This document shows positions 39,839 to 49,913 of a stretch of 64,000 nt of DNA, in pieces. This stretch comes from Bdellovibrionales bacterium (GTDB lineage Bacteria; Bdellovibrionota; Bdellovibrionia; Bdellovibrionales; CAYMLA01), in the NCBI GenBank assembly GCA_965217115.1, contig OZ244239.1, positions 512,001 through 576,000 of the forward strand, given 5' to 3'. A program made the translations under genes and the position numbers. The stretch's first letter is position 1; each line of letters opens with the position of its first letter. A model generated the notes under the pieces. The model worked only from the letters and a program-made list of their open reading frames with translations, was not told the origin of the DNA and did no database searches.

Positions 39839-41371
39839 GTGGTTATGATTTTTCGCTTATTTCTTACAGGTTTCATGGCATTTACGATGCACGCAAATGC
39901 AGCAGAGTACCTTGTTAAATACAAAGACACGGACAGTGGCACTCTGAAAATTGCCCTACAAAAATTGGACAGTTTACAAATCCTCGATACTCACGCTAGG
40001 GGGAGACTCCTAAAAGTGGATATTGATAGAAGCGAAGAGGCCGCGACTTTAATTTCAATTACAAAGAGGGCCGAGGTTGAGTACGTTGTCCCTAACTTTA
40101 AACTCCACGCTTTTCGCGCACCTATTCATATTCAAGCACTAAAAAAACAATGGGCCAATGATAAGGTCAATGCCTCAACTGCTTGGACATTAGCTGGCAA
40201 TAAGGGTTCTAAAGACGTTATCGTCGCCGTTATAGATACTGGTGTTGATTACAACCACGAGTCTTTAAGAACTAACATGCTTCCGGGCTACGATTTCCGT
40301 GACAATGATGACGACCCAATGGATGAAACCAGCTCTCGCAACCCAGGCCATGGAACACATTGTTCTGGCTCCGTGGGGGGCACGGGTGATGTTGACGGAG
40401 GGATTCAAGGTTTGTCTCCCCTCGTTTCAATTCTGCCCATTCGCTTTCTCGGATCTGATGGCTCTGGAGATCTTATGAATGGAATCAAGTCCATTGATTA
40501 TGCCATTCAAAAAGGCGCCCATATTATTTCTGCTAGCTGGGGTGCTCCTGTTAGTCGTTCAGATGCCAAGGCTCTTATTGAAGCCGTGCAACGAGCCGAT
40601 GACGCTGGAGTTATTTTTATCGCTGCTGCCGCCAATGAAGGCAAAAACAACGATTCAAGGGATATTTTTCCGGCCAATTCAGGAACTCCTAATATGATTG
40701 CAGTGGCTGCTTCTAATAAAGATGACAACAAGCCCAGCTGGTCTAACTTCGGTTTATCTTCTGTTGATATTTCAGCACCAGGCCACAATATCTTAAGCAC
40801 ACTACCAAAAAATAAGTATGGTAATCTTTCAGGGACTTCCATGGCGACTCCTCTTCTTGCAGGACTCGTTGCATTGCTTAAAGCACAGAACAGAGATCTT
40901 ACAGGCCTTCAAGTCAAAGCGCTTATGCAGAGCACAGCTAAGCAAATAGACATAAAAATCGCCTGTAACTGTCGTGTGGATGCTGGGGCAGCGATGAAAG
41001 CACTCGTTGAAGAGAAGATGATTGTTGTTCCTGCTGCGACAACAGTAGAAGTGAACGGAACTCAGAAGTTTGAAGCTCTTAACGGAGTTGGCCCTTTTAA
41101 GTTTTCGGTTGCTGATACTGCTGTTGCCACTATCTCAGCAGATGGTGTTTTAACTGCAAAAGCAGATGGAGAAACACAGGTTACGATCACTGATGCCAAC
41201 AATGTAAAAGCCCAATCACTTAAAATTCGAGTGGGCAAGAAAGACTCTGGCGACGGCGGCGGCGGCGGTGGTGGTGGTGGTGGTGGCGCCGGTCAATGTC
41301 CTCTGCCAAACCCCGCACAGTGTGAGCAAATCTGCAAACTTATACCTTCATTGCCGTGGTGTAAAAAGTAA
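39839..41371 (+). CDS. Secreted S8 subtilase with Ig-like domain, poly-Gly linker and Cys-rich tail
   Basis: Signal peptide; catalytic triad VIDTG / HGTH / GTSMA; Big_2-like VATISADGVLTAKADGETQVT. Confidence 0.92.
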   Translation: MVMIFRLFLTGFMAFTMHANAAEYLVKYKDTDSGTLKIALQKLDSLQILDTHARGRLLKVDIDRSEEAATLISITKRAEVEYVVPNFKLHAFRAPIHIQALKKQWANDKVNASTAWTLAGNKGSKDVIVAVIDTGVDYNHESLRTNMLPGYDFRDNDDDPMDETSSRNPGHGTHCSGSVGGTGDVDGGIQGLSPLVSILPIRFLGSDGSGDLMNGIKSIDYAIQKGAHIISASWGAPVSRSDAKALIEAVQRADDAGVIFIAAAANEGKNNDSRDIFPANSGTPNMIAVAASNKDDNKPSWSNFGLSSVDISAPGHNILSTLPKNKYGNLSGTSMATPLLAGLVALLKAQNRDLTGLQVKALMQSTAKQIDIKIACNCRVDAGAAMKALVEEKMIVVPAATTVEVNGTQKFEALNGVGPFKFSVADTAVATISADGVLTAKADGETQVTITDANNVKAQSLKIRVGKKDSGDGGGGGGGGGGGAGQCPLPNPAQCEQICKLIPSLPWCKK

Positions 41372-41388
41372 TCACAGGGCAGTGCTTT

Positions 41389-41426
41389 AAAAAAAAAGGG
41401 TCTCTAAAAATGGAGACCCTTTTTTT
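41389..41426. terminator. Bidirectional intrinsic terminator between subtilase and argS
   Basis: A9-GGGTCTC-loop-GAGACCC-T7 between convergent genes. Confidence 0.88.
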
Positions 41427-41467
41427 ATGCATTTTTTAAAGAAGATTCTACCTCCCTCAGACAGCCA

Positions 41468-43624
41468 CTACATTCTTTCCACAGTCTCAATACCAATCAG
41501 CTCAAGGCCCTTAGACAAAACTTTCCCAACACTCTGAATTAATGCTCCACGGGTGTGCTTCAAAGCCTCAGATTTCGCTTTTAGAACTGAACACTGTTTA
41601 TACATACGGCTGTAATCCTTTGATAGGCCATATAAATAAATACACAAAAGCTGAGGCTCATAGCGTTCGCCCGCCTTCTTCGCCGTGTCTTCAAATAACA
41701 TAAGCTTGCGTAAAACTAAACTTTCACTCTCATCTACCAAGAGAGACCAATCGATCAAACCTTTATTGATCTCTCCTAAGTCACGCAAAATAGAACGGGT
41801 TCGTGCATAGGCGTACATCATATAAGGCCCTGTATTGCCTGTTTGCGCTGTCCACTCATTCAAGTCAAAAACAATGTTTTTGTTATTATCCTGATTGAGC
41901 ATTCCATATTTAATCGTAGCGACTGCAATTTTATGGGCCGTGTTTGTAATTTCTTTTTCTGACCACTTCTCTTCTGATTTGCCATTCTCATACTTACACA
42001 AAAAATCTTCTCTAATTTTCTTTAACAAGAGAGCCTTTAATTCAGAAAACAAGATGATGTTTCCTTTGCGTGAACTCATCTTACCATCGGGACGTTCCAC
42101 CATGCCATAAGACAAATGATAACAATCCTTGGCTTTTTCATACCCCATCAACTCAAGAGCTTTAAACGCCTGTTGAAAATGCAATGACTGTGCGCTGTCC
42201 ACAACATAGACAGATTTGTCCACTTTAAATTTATCAAACTTCATCTGCGCTAACGCAATATCCTTTGTCGAGTAAAGCCCCGTGCCATTGGACTTTAACA
42301 AGAGAAAAAAGGGAAGTTTGTAAGCACTCAGATCTGCGCCGATAGCTCCTTCGGATTTAACAAGAACTCCCTTCTTATAGTAATCCATAACTATCTTCTT
42401 GCCTTGGTCCCCCACATCCGATTCATAAAAATCATGGGTAAAACAAACATCCAACCAGCTATAGATTTGTTTAAATTCATCCAAAGACCACTGCCGTGTT
42501 CTCTTCCAAAGAGCCACCGTTTCTGGGTCACCAGATTCCAGGGCTTTTAATGTGTCACCCACCCCTTTTTCACGTCTTTTCATCTCTTCTAAAACACTCA
42601 CCCCATCCTCTAAGGCCCCTTGGATTTTTAAAACTTCAGAAATTGGCTGCCCTTCCTGAGTTCCTTGGGGAAAAACATAGATTTTATTCTTGTCTTCACC
42701 TAAAGCTAGCTCCTTCTGGCTGCAAATCAATCCTTCGCTAAAAACACCCTTCTTCTCAGTTTTCAATACCTCTCGCCCAGCAAAACGTTCACCCACGGGA
42801 ACATAGGCAACGACATCGGCAATCTTAAAACCGACTCCTCCACAAACCACTGTCTTTTCAAGGGAAGATTCACCAAAAGTTGAAACTGTTACAAGCTGCC
42901 ACTTTTCATTTTGTGGATGCTTCTTTATTTTTTTCACACAAGCCGTCATCACCCCTGGAAATGGAGCTTGTGTCAGTAAAGTAAAGTCCATCATTTCATT
43001 GGCCTTTACATACAACTCTCCGAGAAACTCTCCCCTTTTATGCTTAGGAACATCTCCTTTAAAATATTCTTTGTAGAACCACAAACACTTGGCCACATGG
43101 GTTCCCACATCGCCAAAGTAATTCACAGGCAAGACATCATACCCCCCCCAAGCACAAATGCGAGAAATAGCATCCCCTAGGGCCACGTTGCGCATATGAC
43201 CCACATGAAAAGCCTTATGGGTATTGGGTTGTGAATACTCCACCATCACTTTTTGTTTTTGACTCGATCTATTGCCTAAATACGAGCCTTCTAAAATATC
43301 ATTTATTAAATTCCCCGCAAGGTGTGTCCTATCAATAACAAAATTTAAGTAAGGACCTGCGGCAATGACCTGAGCTATTGCATCCAGACAACCCACCTCT
43401 TTACCCATCTCTTCAGCTAGGCTCTTAGCAATTTGAGGAGGCCCTTTGCGCAATATTTTAGCCAGTGCAAAACAAGGGAAAGCGATATCTCCCATGCTGG
43501 CATCTTTTGGCACTTCTAAAAGATGACGAATCTTCTGTCGATCAAAATCATCAGATTTCAAATCAGGTGTTAAAGATAAAATTTTCTGACTAACTAAATC
43601 AGCTACCTGTAAAAAGTAATTCAT
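41468..43624 (-). CDS. argS: Arginine--tRNA ligase with inserted tRNA-binding OB-fold
   Basis: VEYSQPN, HVGH (HIGH), KMSSRKG, GNTGPY..YAYAR, C-terminal ERM; 718 aa. Confidence 0.95.
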   Translation of the reverse strand: MNYFLQVADLVSQKILSLTPDLKSDDFDRQKIRHLLEVPKDASMGDIAFPCFALAKILRKGPPQIAKSLAEEMGKEVGCLDAIAQVIAAGPYLNFVIDRTHLAGNLINDILEGSYLGNRSSQKQKVMVEYSQPNTHKAFHVGHMRNVALGDAISRICAWGGYDVLPVNYFGDVGTHVAKCLWFYKEYFKGDVPKHKRGEFLGELYVKANEMMDFTLLTQAPFPGVMTACVKKIKKHPQNEKWQLVTVSTFGESSLEKTVVCGGVGFKIADVVAYVPVGERFAGREVLKTEKKGVFSEGLICSQKELALGEDKNKIYVFPQGTQEGQPISEVLKIQGALEDGVSVLEEMKRREKGVGDTLKALESGDPETVALWKRTRQWSLDEFKQIYSWLDVCFTHDFYESDVGDQGKKIVMDYYKKGVLVKSEGAIGADLSAYKLPFFLLLKSNGTGLYSTKDIALAQMKFDKFKVDKSVYVVDSAQSLHFQQAFKALELMGYEKAKDCYHLSYGMVERPDGKMSSRKGNIILFSELKALLLKKIREDFLCKYENGKSEEKWSEKEITNTAHKIAVATIKYGMLNQDNNKNIVFDLNEWTAQTGNTGPYMMYAYARTRSILRDLGEINKGLIDWSLLVDESESLVLRKLMLFEDTAKKAGERYEPQLLCIYLYGLSKDYSRMYKQCSVLKAKSEALKHTRGALIQSVGKVLSKGLELIGIETVERM

Positions 43625-43717
43625 AACGCCTCAAGTATAACTGTGAAAACCTCTTTTTATCAAAAAAATAATCGAAGTCACCGAGAATCCATCTCGATGA
43701 TATTTTTTAGCATTGGT

Positions 43718-44416
43718 TTAGTGTACTCTTATATTATTCTTCATTTTATCAGGAAAGGCCATCTCGTCAGCAACCTGCAAAATAGCCTTACAAAGAATAT
43801 TTAGTGACCCCTGTAAAGCTCCATTGCCATCTAGTATATGATTCGCATAACTCTTTGACGGCTCAACAAAGGTGTCGTGCATGGGGGCCACATACTTAGC
43901 AAACTGACTTTCGATATACTCCAATGTCCGACCTCTTTCGGCCACATCTCTTTTTTTACGGCGTTCAAAGCGTATCTCTTCATCAGCTTCAACAAAAAAT
44001 GCTAAATCAAGATTTCCTCGCACCTGTGGCTGAGTCAAAATTAAAATACCATCCACCAAGATCACAGCCCGAGGCTGAAGTTCCATCGAATCCAACGAAC
44101 GACTATGAGTCAAAAAATCGTAGCAAGGAACATCAATGGTGTTGCCACATTTTAAGCTTTTAAGATGATCACCAAGAAGATCAAAATCCAAACTACTGGG
44201 ATGATCAAAGTTAATCTCTCTCCCCTCGCTAAACTCCTTAGAGACATCTCGATAATAGCTGTCTTGGAAAAGAACAGAACAATATTCCTCACCCAGCAAC
44301 TGAGCAAGCCCACGGGCCAAGGTCGTTTTGCCCGAGCAACTACCGCCAGAAAGGCCAATTATTAAAGGTGATAATTTCTTAGAAAAACCCTCTGTCATAG
44401 GAAACTGTTTAATCAT
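43718..44416 (-). CDS. udk: Uridine kinase
   Basis: GGSCSGKTT, QDSYY, NFDHP, YDF.TH.R, RD..ERGR, FVEPSK. Confidence 0.9.
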   Translation of the reverse strand: MIKQFPMTEGFSKKLSPLIIGLSGGSCSGKTTLARGLAQLLGEEYCSVLFQDSYYRDVSKEFSEGREINFDHPSSLDFDLLGDHLKSLKCGNTIDVPCYDFLTHSRSLDSMELQPRAVILVDGILILTQPQVRGNLDLAFFVEADEEIRFERRKKRDVAERGRTLEYIESQFAKYVAPMHDTFVEPSKSYANHILDGNGALQGSLNILCKAILQVADEMAFPDKMKNNIRVH

Positions 44417-44485
44417 TAAGTGTGCTGCGCGTCAAGCCGTGAAAAATGTATTTCTATTCCGAGAATAAGGCTATCAATAACTCCT

Positions 44486-45226
44486 ATGAAACTTCAAAAA
44501 CTCACCGCTCTTGCCTTTTTTCTTATTTTATCCAATGTAACTATGGCTATGGCTATGGCCCTAGAAAACATTCCTCTCACATCTTCATCTGGTTGGCTTG
44601 AAGTTAAATATGATAACCTCCCTGCAAATAAAATTCATTTTGACTCCCAAGCTGCTTCCCACAAAACGCTCACTATGGATATTGATCGTTCTGCCAGTCC
44701 ACTTATTTTTCCTTTCTCCCAGGAGAGATCCATCCAGCAAATTGTGGTCACAGCCAAGGTTCACGGTCATCTAAAAATTTCTGACAAAAAAATACAAGGC
44801 TCTAAAGGGGCTGATGACTTTGTCTTTCGTCTTGGGTTTGTTAGACCTGGAAAAAAGACGCTCTCTCTCTGGCAAAAACCCTTCGCCTCCAAGTGGGTTA
44901 CGCAACTCTTTAACTTAGCTCCTAAAGGCTCTGGCATTGATAGTATCCTATTTTTGAGTGTCCCCAGCACCTCTCAACTCACAGGAAAAAAACGCACTCA
45001 CCCCGCAAGTGACCTTATACAAGAAATATTTCTCAAGCCCGTCAGTAAAAATGGCTCCATTAATATCCATTACACCTTTCCTAAGCCTATCCCCACCCTC
45101 GCCCTCTGGTTGAGTAGTGATGGGGACGACACAAAATCCAAGTATCAAATTCAAATATCAAAAATAACTATCAACCCCCATCTTAAAAAAAAGTTTCACC
45201 CCACGAGTAAGAATAAAAATCCATGA
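44486..45226 (+). CDS. Secreted hypothetical protein (possibly DUF3047-like)
   Basis: Signal peptide from ATG 44486; SASPL, K.ADDF..R and SDGDDT motifs. Confidence 0.5.
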   Translation: MKLQKLTALAFFLILSNVTMAMAMALENIPLTSSSGWLEVKYDNLPANKIHFDSQAASHKTLTMDIDRSASPLIFPFSQERSIQQIVVTAKVHGHLKISDKKIQGSKGADDFVFRLGFVRPGKKTLSLWQKPFASKWVTQLFNLAPKGSGIDSILFLSVPSTSQLTGKKRTHPASDLIQEIFLKPVSKNGSINIHYTFPKPIPTLALWLSSDGDDTKSKYQIQISKITINPHLKKKFHPTSKNKNP

Positions 45227-45876
45227 CCAAAATGGAACGCGTCTCTATTATTGAGAAACGATTACAGAAGTTCTATCCCGCCCCACCTATACCTCTAGAT
45301 CACAAAGACTCTTACACCCTGCTCATTGCTGTCCTGCTCTCGGCCCGATGCACGGATGTGCGAGTCAATAAAATCACCCCCACTTTATTTAAAATGGCCG
45401 ACACTCCTGAAAAAATGATTCGCCATTCTATCGAGGAAATAAGAGAGATCATCCGCCCCTGTGGACTCTCTCCCATGAAAGCAAAGGCTATTTACAATTT
45501 ATCCCATATTCTAATCGATGAACATAAGGGACTCGTTCCTGCAAATTTTGTGGACTTAGAAAAGCTCCCTGGCGTGGGTCATAAAACAGCTTCCGTGGTT
45601 ATGTCCCAAGCATTTGGCCACCCTGCTTTTGCTGTCGACACCCACGTCCATCGTTTAGCCCAACGCTGGAAGCTCACCAACGGCAAGAATGTCGTACAAA
45701 CTGAAAAAGATCTGAAAAGCCTCTTCCCAAAAGAGAGTTGGACCAGGCTTCATTTACAAATTATCTATTACGCCCGTGAACACTGCCAGGCAAGGGCTTG
45801 TTATGGTCTCGTCTGCCCTATTTGCAAAGAGCTTTTTCCTAAACGAAAAACTCCCCTTAAAACTTTAAACCCATAA
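45223..45876 (+). CDS. nth: Endonuclease III
   Basis: LLIAVLLSA..TD..VN, HhH LPGVGHKTA, AVDTHV.R; C-terminal 4-Cys cluster. Confidence 0.93.
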   Translation: MTKMERVSIIEKRLQKFYPAPPIPLDHKDSYTLLIAVLLSARCTDVRVNKITPTLFKMADTPEKMIRHSIEEIREIIRPCGLSPMKAKAIYNLSHILIDEHKGLVPANFVDLEKLPGVGHKTASVVMSQAFGHPAFAVDTHVHRLAQRWKLTNGKNVVQTEKDLKSLFPKESWTRLHLQIIYYAREHCQARACYGLVCPICKELFPKRKTPLKTLNP

Positions 45877-45890
45877 AAAACAAAGAGAGG

Positions 45891-46775
45891 TTATTCAAAA
45901 ATAATCTGTCCCTGATCCACCGTTAAATTTAAACGATGACCTTTGCCTTTTTTTACTTTCTCTAAACCCTCAACACTCCCCTTCTTAACTTGTACATAGG
46001 GAAGATAAGAAACTCCTCCCTTAGGTGTCACCTTTAGCTGTCCATACTCTAAATACGCCTCAACATTTTGAACTGGCTCAAATAAAAGCACCTCACCTTC
46101 TTGCAAATTTATCTTAAAAGATATTCCCAGTGGAACCTGCAGTTCACAATCAGTCGTGTACTCACCTACAGGTAAAGACAATACAAGCTTTCCGTCTTTT
46201 TTACGCTTTTCCAAGAAAATCTTCGATAAAGCTCCATGTACCTCCTCAAAAGAGCACTCATAAGATAGATTTTTTCGATCCTCAAACAAAACTCTCCACC
46301 TTCCTCTTGTCGATGTCACATCCAGAAATTGATAACCTTCAACACTCTCAACGCCTTTGCGCATGTAATCACTTCCAACATTATAATTCCAAACATAAGA
46401 ACCTATTGAATTTGTATCAAAACTAAATGGCATTGAAAACTGATGATAAATAAAATAGGCTAGCGTAGAAAAAAATAACACACTCAATAGAGTCGCCATT
46501 AAAAGAAACTTCAACAAAAAGGGTGTCTTTCTCTTCTTAGGCAGAGGCAACTCTTTCCGTGCCGTCAATCGACAGGCCATATCATATGCAGAGCCTTGAG
46601 AATTTAAAATTCTTTGGAAAGAGTCCCTTGTTTCACACATATTCAGCTTATTTTTTAAATTTTTAGATAATTCCTGCAACAGATCGACACGATCTTCCAC
46701 TCTTAAGTGCTTAAGGTTTTTTTCCACATCAGAGAGATAAATGTGAAACCGCTTCTCCTGCCAAGAATTCATCAT
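45891..46775 (-). CDS. Membrane protein with HAAS/DUF1700-like N-terminus and extracytoplasmic beta-rich domain
   Basis: YL..V...L..L....R.D.L.EL N-terminus, one TM; third gene of ECF operon. Confidence 0.5.
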   Translation of the reverse strand: MMNSWQEKRFHIYLSDVEKNLKHLRVEDRVDLLQELSKNLKNKLNMCETRDSFQRILNSQGSAYDMACRLTARKELPLPKKRKTPFLLKFLLMATLLSVLFFSTLAYFIYHQFSMPFSFDTNSIGSYVWNYNVGSDYMRKGVESVEGYQFLDVTSTRGRWRVLFEDRKNLSYECSFEEVHGALSKIFLEKRKKDGKLVLSLPVGEYTTDCELQVPLGISFKINLQEGEVLLFEPVQNVEAYLEYGQLKVTPKGGVSYLPYVQVKKGSVEGLEKVKKGKGHRLNLTVDQGQIIFE

Positions 46776-47020
46776 TACTTACTGTCCTTGAATTTTTTTA
46801 GAACCTGATCTTCAAGAGAACGTAAATCTGAATCTCTGTTTTGCGCCCTCCCATTTGCTCGCTCTAAAACGGCTTCACGTAAAATTTCATATTGCTTCTG
46901 AATTTTCTGACACGTTCTACAAATACGCATATGCCAATTAAAAGTCCATCTCTCCCATAGGCTTAACTCTCTCCCCGAAGACAGCACTTGATTGACTCTC
47001 TTGCACGTACTAATCGCCAC
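46775..47020 (-). CDS. Zinc-binding anti-sigma factor (zf-HC2)
   Basis: C...V...LS and HMRICRTC (HxxxCxxC); overlaps the ECF sigma gene. Confidence 0.8.
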   Translation of the reverse strand: MAISTCKRVNQVLSSGRELSLWERWTFNWHMRICRTCQKIQKQYEILREAVLERANGRAQNRDSDLRSLEDQVLKKFKDSK

Positions 47021-47606
47021 CAGGAACCTCCTCTTTTACTTGCAAGCACAGGCGAAGCTTATTCTTAGCTCGATACATAAGCACCCCTAAGTGAGTGTCT
47101 GTAATATCTAGGATCTTACAGATTTCTTCACTCGGCTCTCCCTCAACCTCTCTGAGAACAAAAACCATTCGCTGCTTGTCTGGTAAAGCCTGTAAACACT
47201 CCTCCAAGGCCACCCCTGTCTGTGCTATCTCCATAAATCTCTGGGGGCTTAACGGAGCCTTTTTCCAATGCCCCGTTTGATCAAAACCACTCTCTATTAT
47301 TTCATCAATCTTTTCATCTAGAAAATAACGTTGCTCTTTTCGACGGTGCTCTCTTACCTTATTGTAAAGAATCCCCATTAAATAAGTCTTAACATGGGAT
47401 CTACCCTCAAAGCTGTCTATTTTTTCAAAAAAAGTGACCCATGTTATCTGCACCAACTCATAGGCTCGATCCTCATTAAGCCCCATGCCCATCGCCGTTC
47501 GGAAAAACAGCGTGGTGTAGGCCCTCACTAAATCCTCAATAGCACCCGAGTTTTTCTGTTTGAGAAGCTCTAGAAAATCCTCAGTAGCAAATTTCTGTAG
47601 AAGCAC
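47010..47606 (-). CDS. ECF RNA polymerase sigma factor
   Basis: Region 2 AYELVQ...FEGRS..KTYL.GILYNK; region 4 LP.KQR.VFVLRE.EG...EEIC.IL...YRAK. Confidence 0.92.
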   Translation of the reverse strand: MLLQKFATEDFLELLKQKNSGAIEDLVRAYTTLFFRTAMGMGLNEDRAYELVQITWVTFFEKIDSFEGRSHVKTYLMGILYNKVREHRRKEQRYFLDEKIDEIIESGFDQTGHWKKAPLSPQRFMEIAQTGVALEECLQALPDKQRMVFVLREVEGEPSEEICKILDITDTHLGVLMYRAKNKLRLCLQVKEEVPGGD

Positions 47607-47620
47607 TGATCTTGCCTAAC

Positions 47621-48310
47621 TTAGGGGTTACGTGAATTAATAGTGAATAAGTGGTAGTAGAGAAAATATAATTCTTTAAAAGTAGCCATCAAAGATTTAG
47701 CTAACGCCTCTCTCTGTGCTTTGAGATCCTTTTCACTTATTCCTCGGAATTTTTTTAACTCTCTTTCAATAGTAAACTCTGCACCTTCCAGAACTCCAGG
47801 AGCATCAATGTACAATTCATTCAGAGAATGGGAAGTTCCAGCATATTTGCTCAGTTCTTTTTGAATTTTTGCTGCCGAATGTCCTTGTTCCCAAATATAG
47901 TTTTCCTCATTCTGACCAAACCACAACCAAGAAGTTTTCGCCTGCTTTTGCAACCAATCATTAATCTGTAAAGACAACGCCTTCTTATTAGACTTCATCC
48001 CTTTTATAAATGAATTCATTGCTAGAACCTTATTATTCATATCAAACCCTGCCCAGATTTTATAGGTCTGATCATTAAAATCATACAACCGGCGTACCCG
48101 AAATCCAAATCTCGGAGAATGTCTTATCTTTGGATTCAAAGATTTTAATTGGTTTAAGACGATGTCATTATAAAAAGCCTCACTAATTTTTTTACCATCT
48201 TGAACATGGGGTTCACTATATATAACTGCAAAAGGTCGATAGTACTTTTCATTAAGTTTTTGTAAAACTTCTTTGCTTAAACCATCAAGCCACACAGTAG
48301 GTTCAGACAT
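47621..48310 (-). CDS. Hypothetical protein
   Basis: 229-aa ORF with GAGG before ATG; no family recognised. Confidence 0.6.
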   Translation of the reverse strand: MSEPTVWLDGLSKEVLQKLNEKYYRPFAVIYSEPHVQDGKKISEAFYNDIVLNQLKSLNPKIRHSPRFGFRVRRLYDFNDQTYKIWAGFDMNNKVLAMNSFIKGMKSNKKALSLQINDWLQKQAKTSWLWFGQNEENYIWEQGHSAAKIQKELSKYAGTSHSLNELYIDAPGVLEGAEFTIERELKKFRGISEKDLKAQREALAKSLMATFKELYFLYYHLFTINSRNP

Positions 48311-48737
48311 AATGTTAGCCTCACACGATAGTGATTAATATTATTTTCACTCATAAACAGCTCTATTCAATAGATAATACTACACAAAATTGGGGCTGTT
48401 GCCAAGCGATGACCTTCTTCATTGCTCGACCTCAGCTCTCAATTTAACCTCCAGCCAAAGGTCTTGTCTCTACAAAAAGGGGTGCTTAATATAGATATGA
48501 GCCTTTTTATCACAATCACCTGGGGGAATAAACCATGCTCCAAACGACAGTCTTCAATATGTTTTTTTCTGAAAATAGAGCTGATGGCAAACTCAGCTAG
48601 TTTTTAAAAATTTTAACCGTGTAATTATTTCCAAAGCAAGTGCTCACATTGATTATTTTCATAAAAGCTGGTATTATTCAAAAAAAAAAGTTATGGGCCT
48701 GAGCTTATAGCTAAAACTAAACCCTTAGGAGACCGTT

Positions 48738-49148
48738 ATGTTAAAACAATCTATAAAACTTGTTATGGGACTTATGTTCATTTCATTAAGCATCACACCT
48801 GCTTATGGTGCCTACGATGATGTCAATGGAGATCTAAGCACGCTAACAAAGACTTTGGAAAGTGATGAGGCTAGAGCTGAAATTCAAAGCCAATGTGAGG
48901 CAATAAAGAAAGTTTCTAAAACAGGAATTTACGCTGCTTCAGTGACTAATCTTTTAGACGTATGGAAGTTTGATCTTGTTATGTCTTATCCAGCAGGAGC
49001 CATTTTGACTGTGCTTGCTCTGTGGTTAGTAGCTAATGCTGAGTGCGATTCTCCTCTGAATCTATCTAATATTTTTCCCGATGGTTTTTTTGACGAAGAC
49101 GTTGATGACGTTGTCTTCTTTGAAAAAAGAAATGGTGGTTCAATTTAG
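48738..49148 (+). CDS. Hypothetical secreted/membrane protein
   Basis: AGGAG RBS, signal peptide, internal hydrophobic segment; followed by a terminator. Confidence 0.6.
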   Translation: MLKQSIKLVMGLMFISLSITPAYGAYDDVNGDLSTLTKTLESDEARAEIQSQCEAIKKVSKTGIYAASVTNLLDVWKFDLVMSYPAGAILTVLALWLVANAECDSPLNLSNIFPDGFFDEDVDDVVFFEKRNGGSI

Positions 49149-49216
49149 AATTTTTGATACAGAAGACACTCGGCTTGTAACTCAGCCTTACATACAAAAA
49201 CAATAGCTTTTCAATT

Positions 49217-49248
49217 AAAAAAAGAACCCCTAGCGGTTCTTTTTTTTT
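49217..49248. terminator. Bidirectional intrinsic terminator
   Basis: A7-GAACC-loop-GGTTC-T9 between convergent genes. Confidence 0.8.
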
Positions 49249-49343
49249 GCCTTCCTTAATTAAACACCAAGCCCGAGTCGGTTTTCCAACCATGGGGGCA
49301 TCAATGGAAGGGCTAGAATATCGATTAAAACATCCTCAAGTGG

Positions 49344-49913
49344 TTAACAAACAGGTAAAACTTTACAAGTCGCCTCTTTGATCGATTTCACCTCACGTGA
49401 AACTCTCCTGAGAACCTCTTCAGCAAAAGATTTTTCTTCCACCTTGAAATCCTCCAAAGACACCGTCTCAACTGGAGTTCCTGTATTTGAAACATTCACC
49501 GCAAAATGAATCAACAAAGAGTTCACGCTTCGAGTTGCTATACTAATACTGTGCTTACCCTTATCAACAAAAACATCGTCACCCTCCCTCGATAATCCAG
49601 AAGTTAGCCCAGCCTCCGAAGACAAGTCTCGCAAAACATCCATAACAATAGATGCCATTAATCTCTGCAGAACCACCCCTGAGAAAAGTTCTCGATCAAA
49701 TAACTCTAAAATAAAATGAACCATACGCCCACCACAAATCTGAGCACCTGCTAAACGATCTTCTCCATCCACCATGTGCTCTAAATCCACATCGCACGGA
49801 CCTACCCACGACAAAATAGAATCACCCAGCACACCATATTCAAGATAGGCATACAAAGTTCGCAACTGACTGCCATCATACTTAAATGATTTTTTTAAAA
49901 ATAATGTCTTCAT
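49344..49913 (-). CDS. DUF366 family protein
   Basis: YDGSQL, G.C.V....MVD.ED, M.HF, R.GDD, SISIAT, HFA.NV; overlaps the queC stop (ATGA). Confidence 0.75.
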   Translation of the reverse strand: MKTLFLKKSFKYDGSQLRTLYAYLEYGVLGDSILSWVGPCDVDLEHMVDGEDRLAGAQICGGRMVHFILELFDRELFSGVVLQRLMASIVMDVLRDLSSEAGLTSGLSREGDDVFVDKGKHSISIATRSVNSLLIHFAVNVSNTGTPVETVSLEDFKVEEKSFAEEVLRRVSREVKSIKEATCKVLPVC

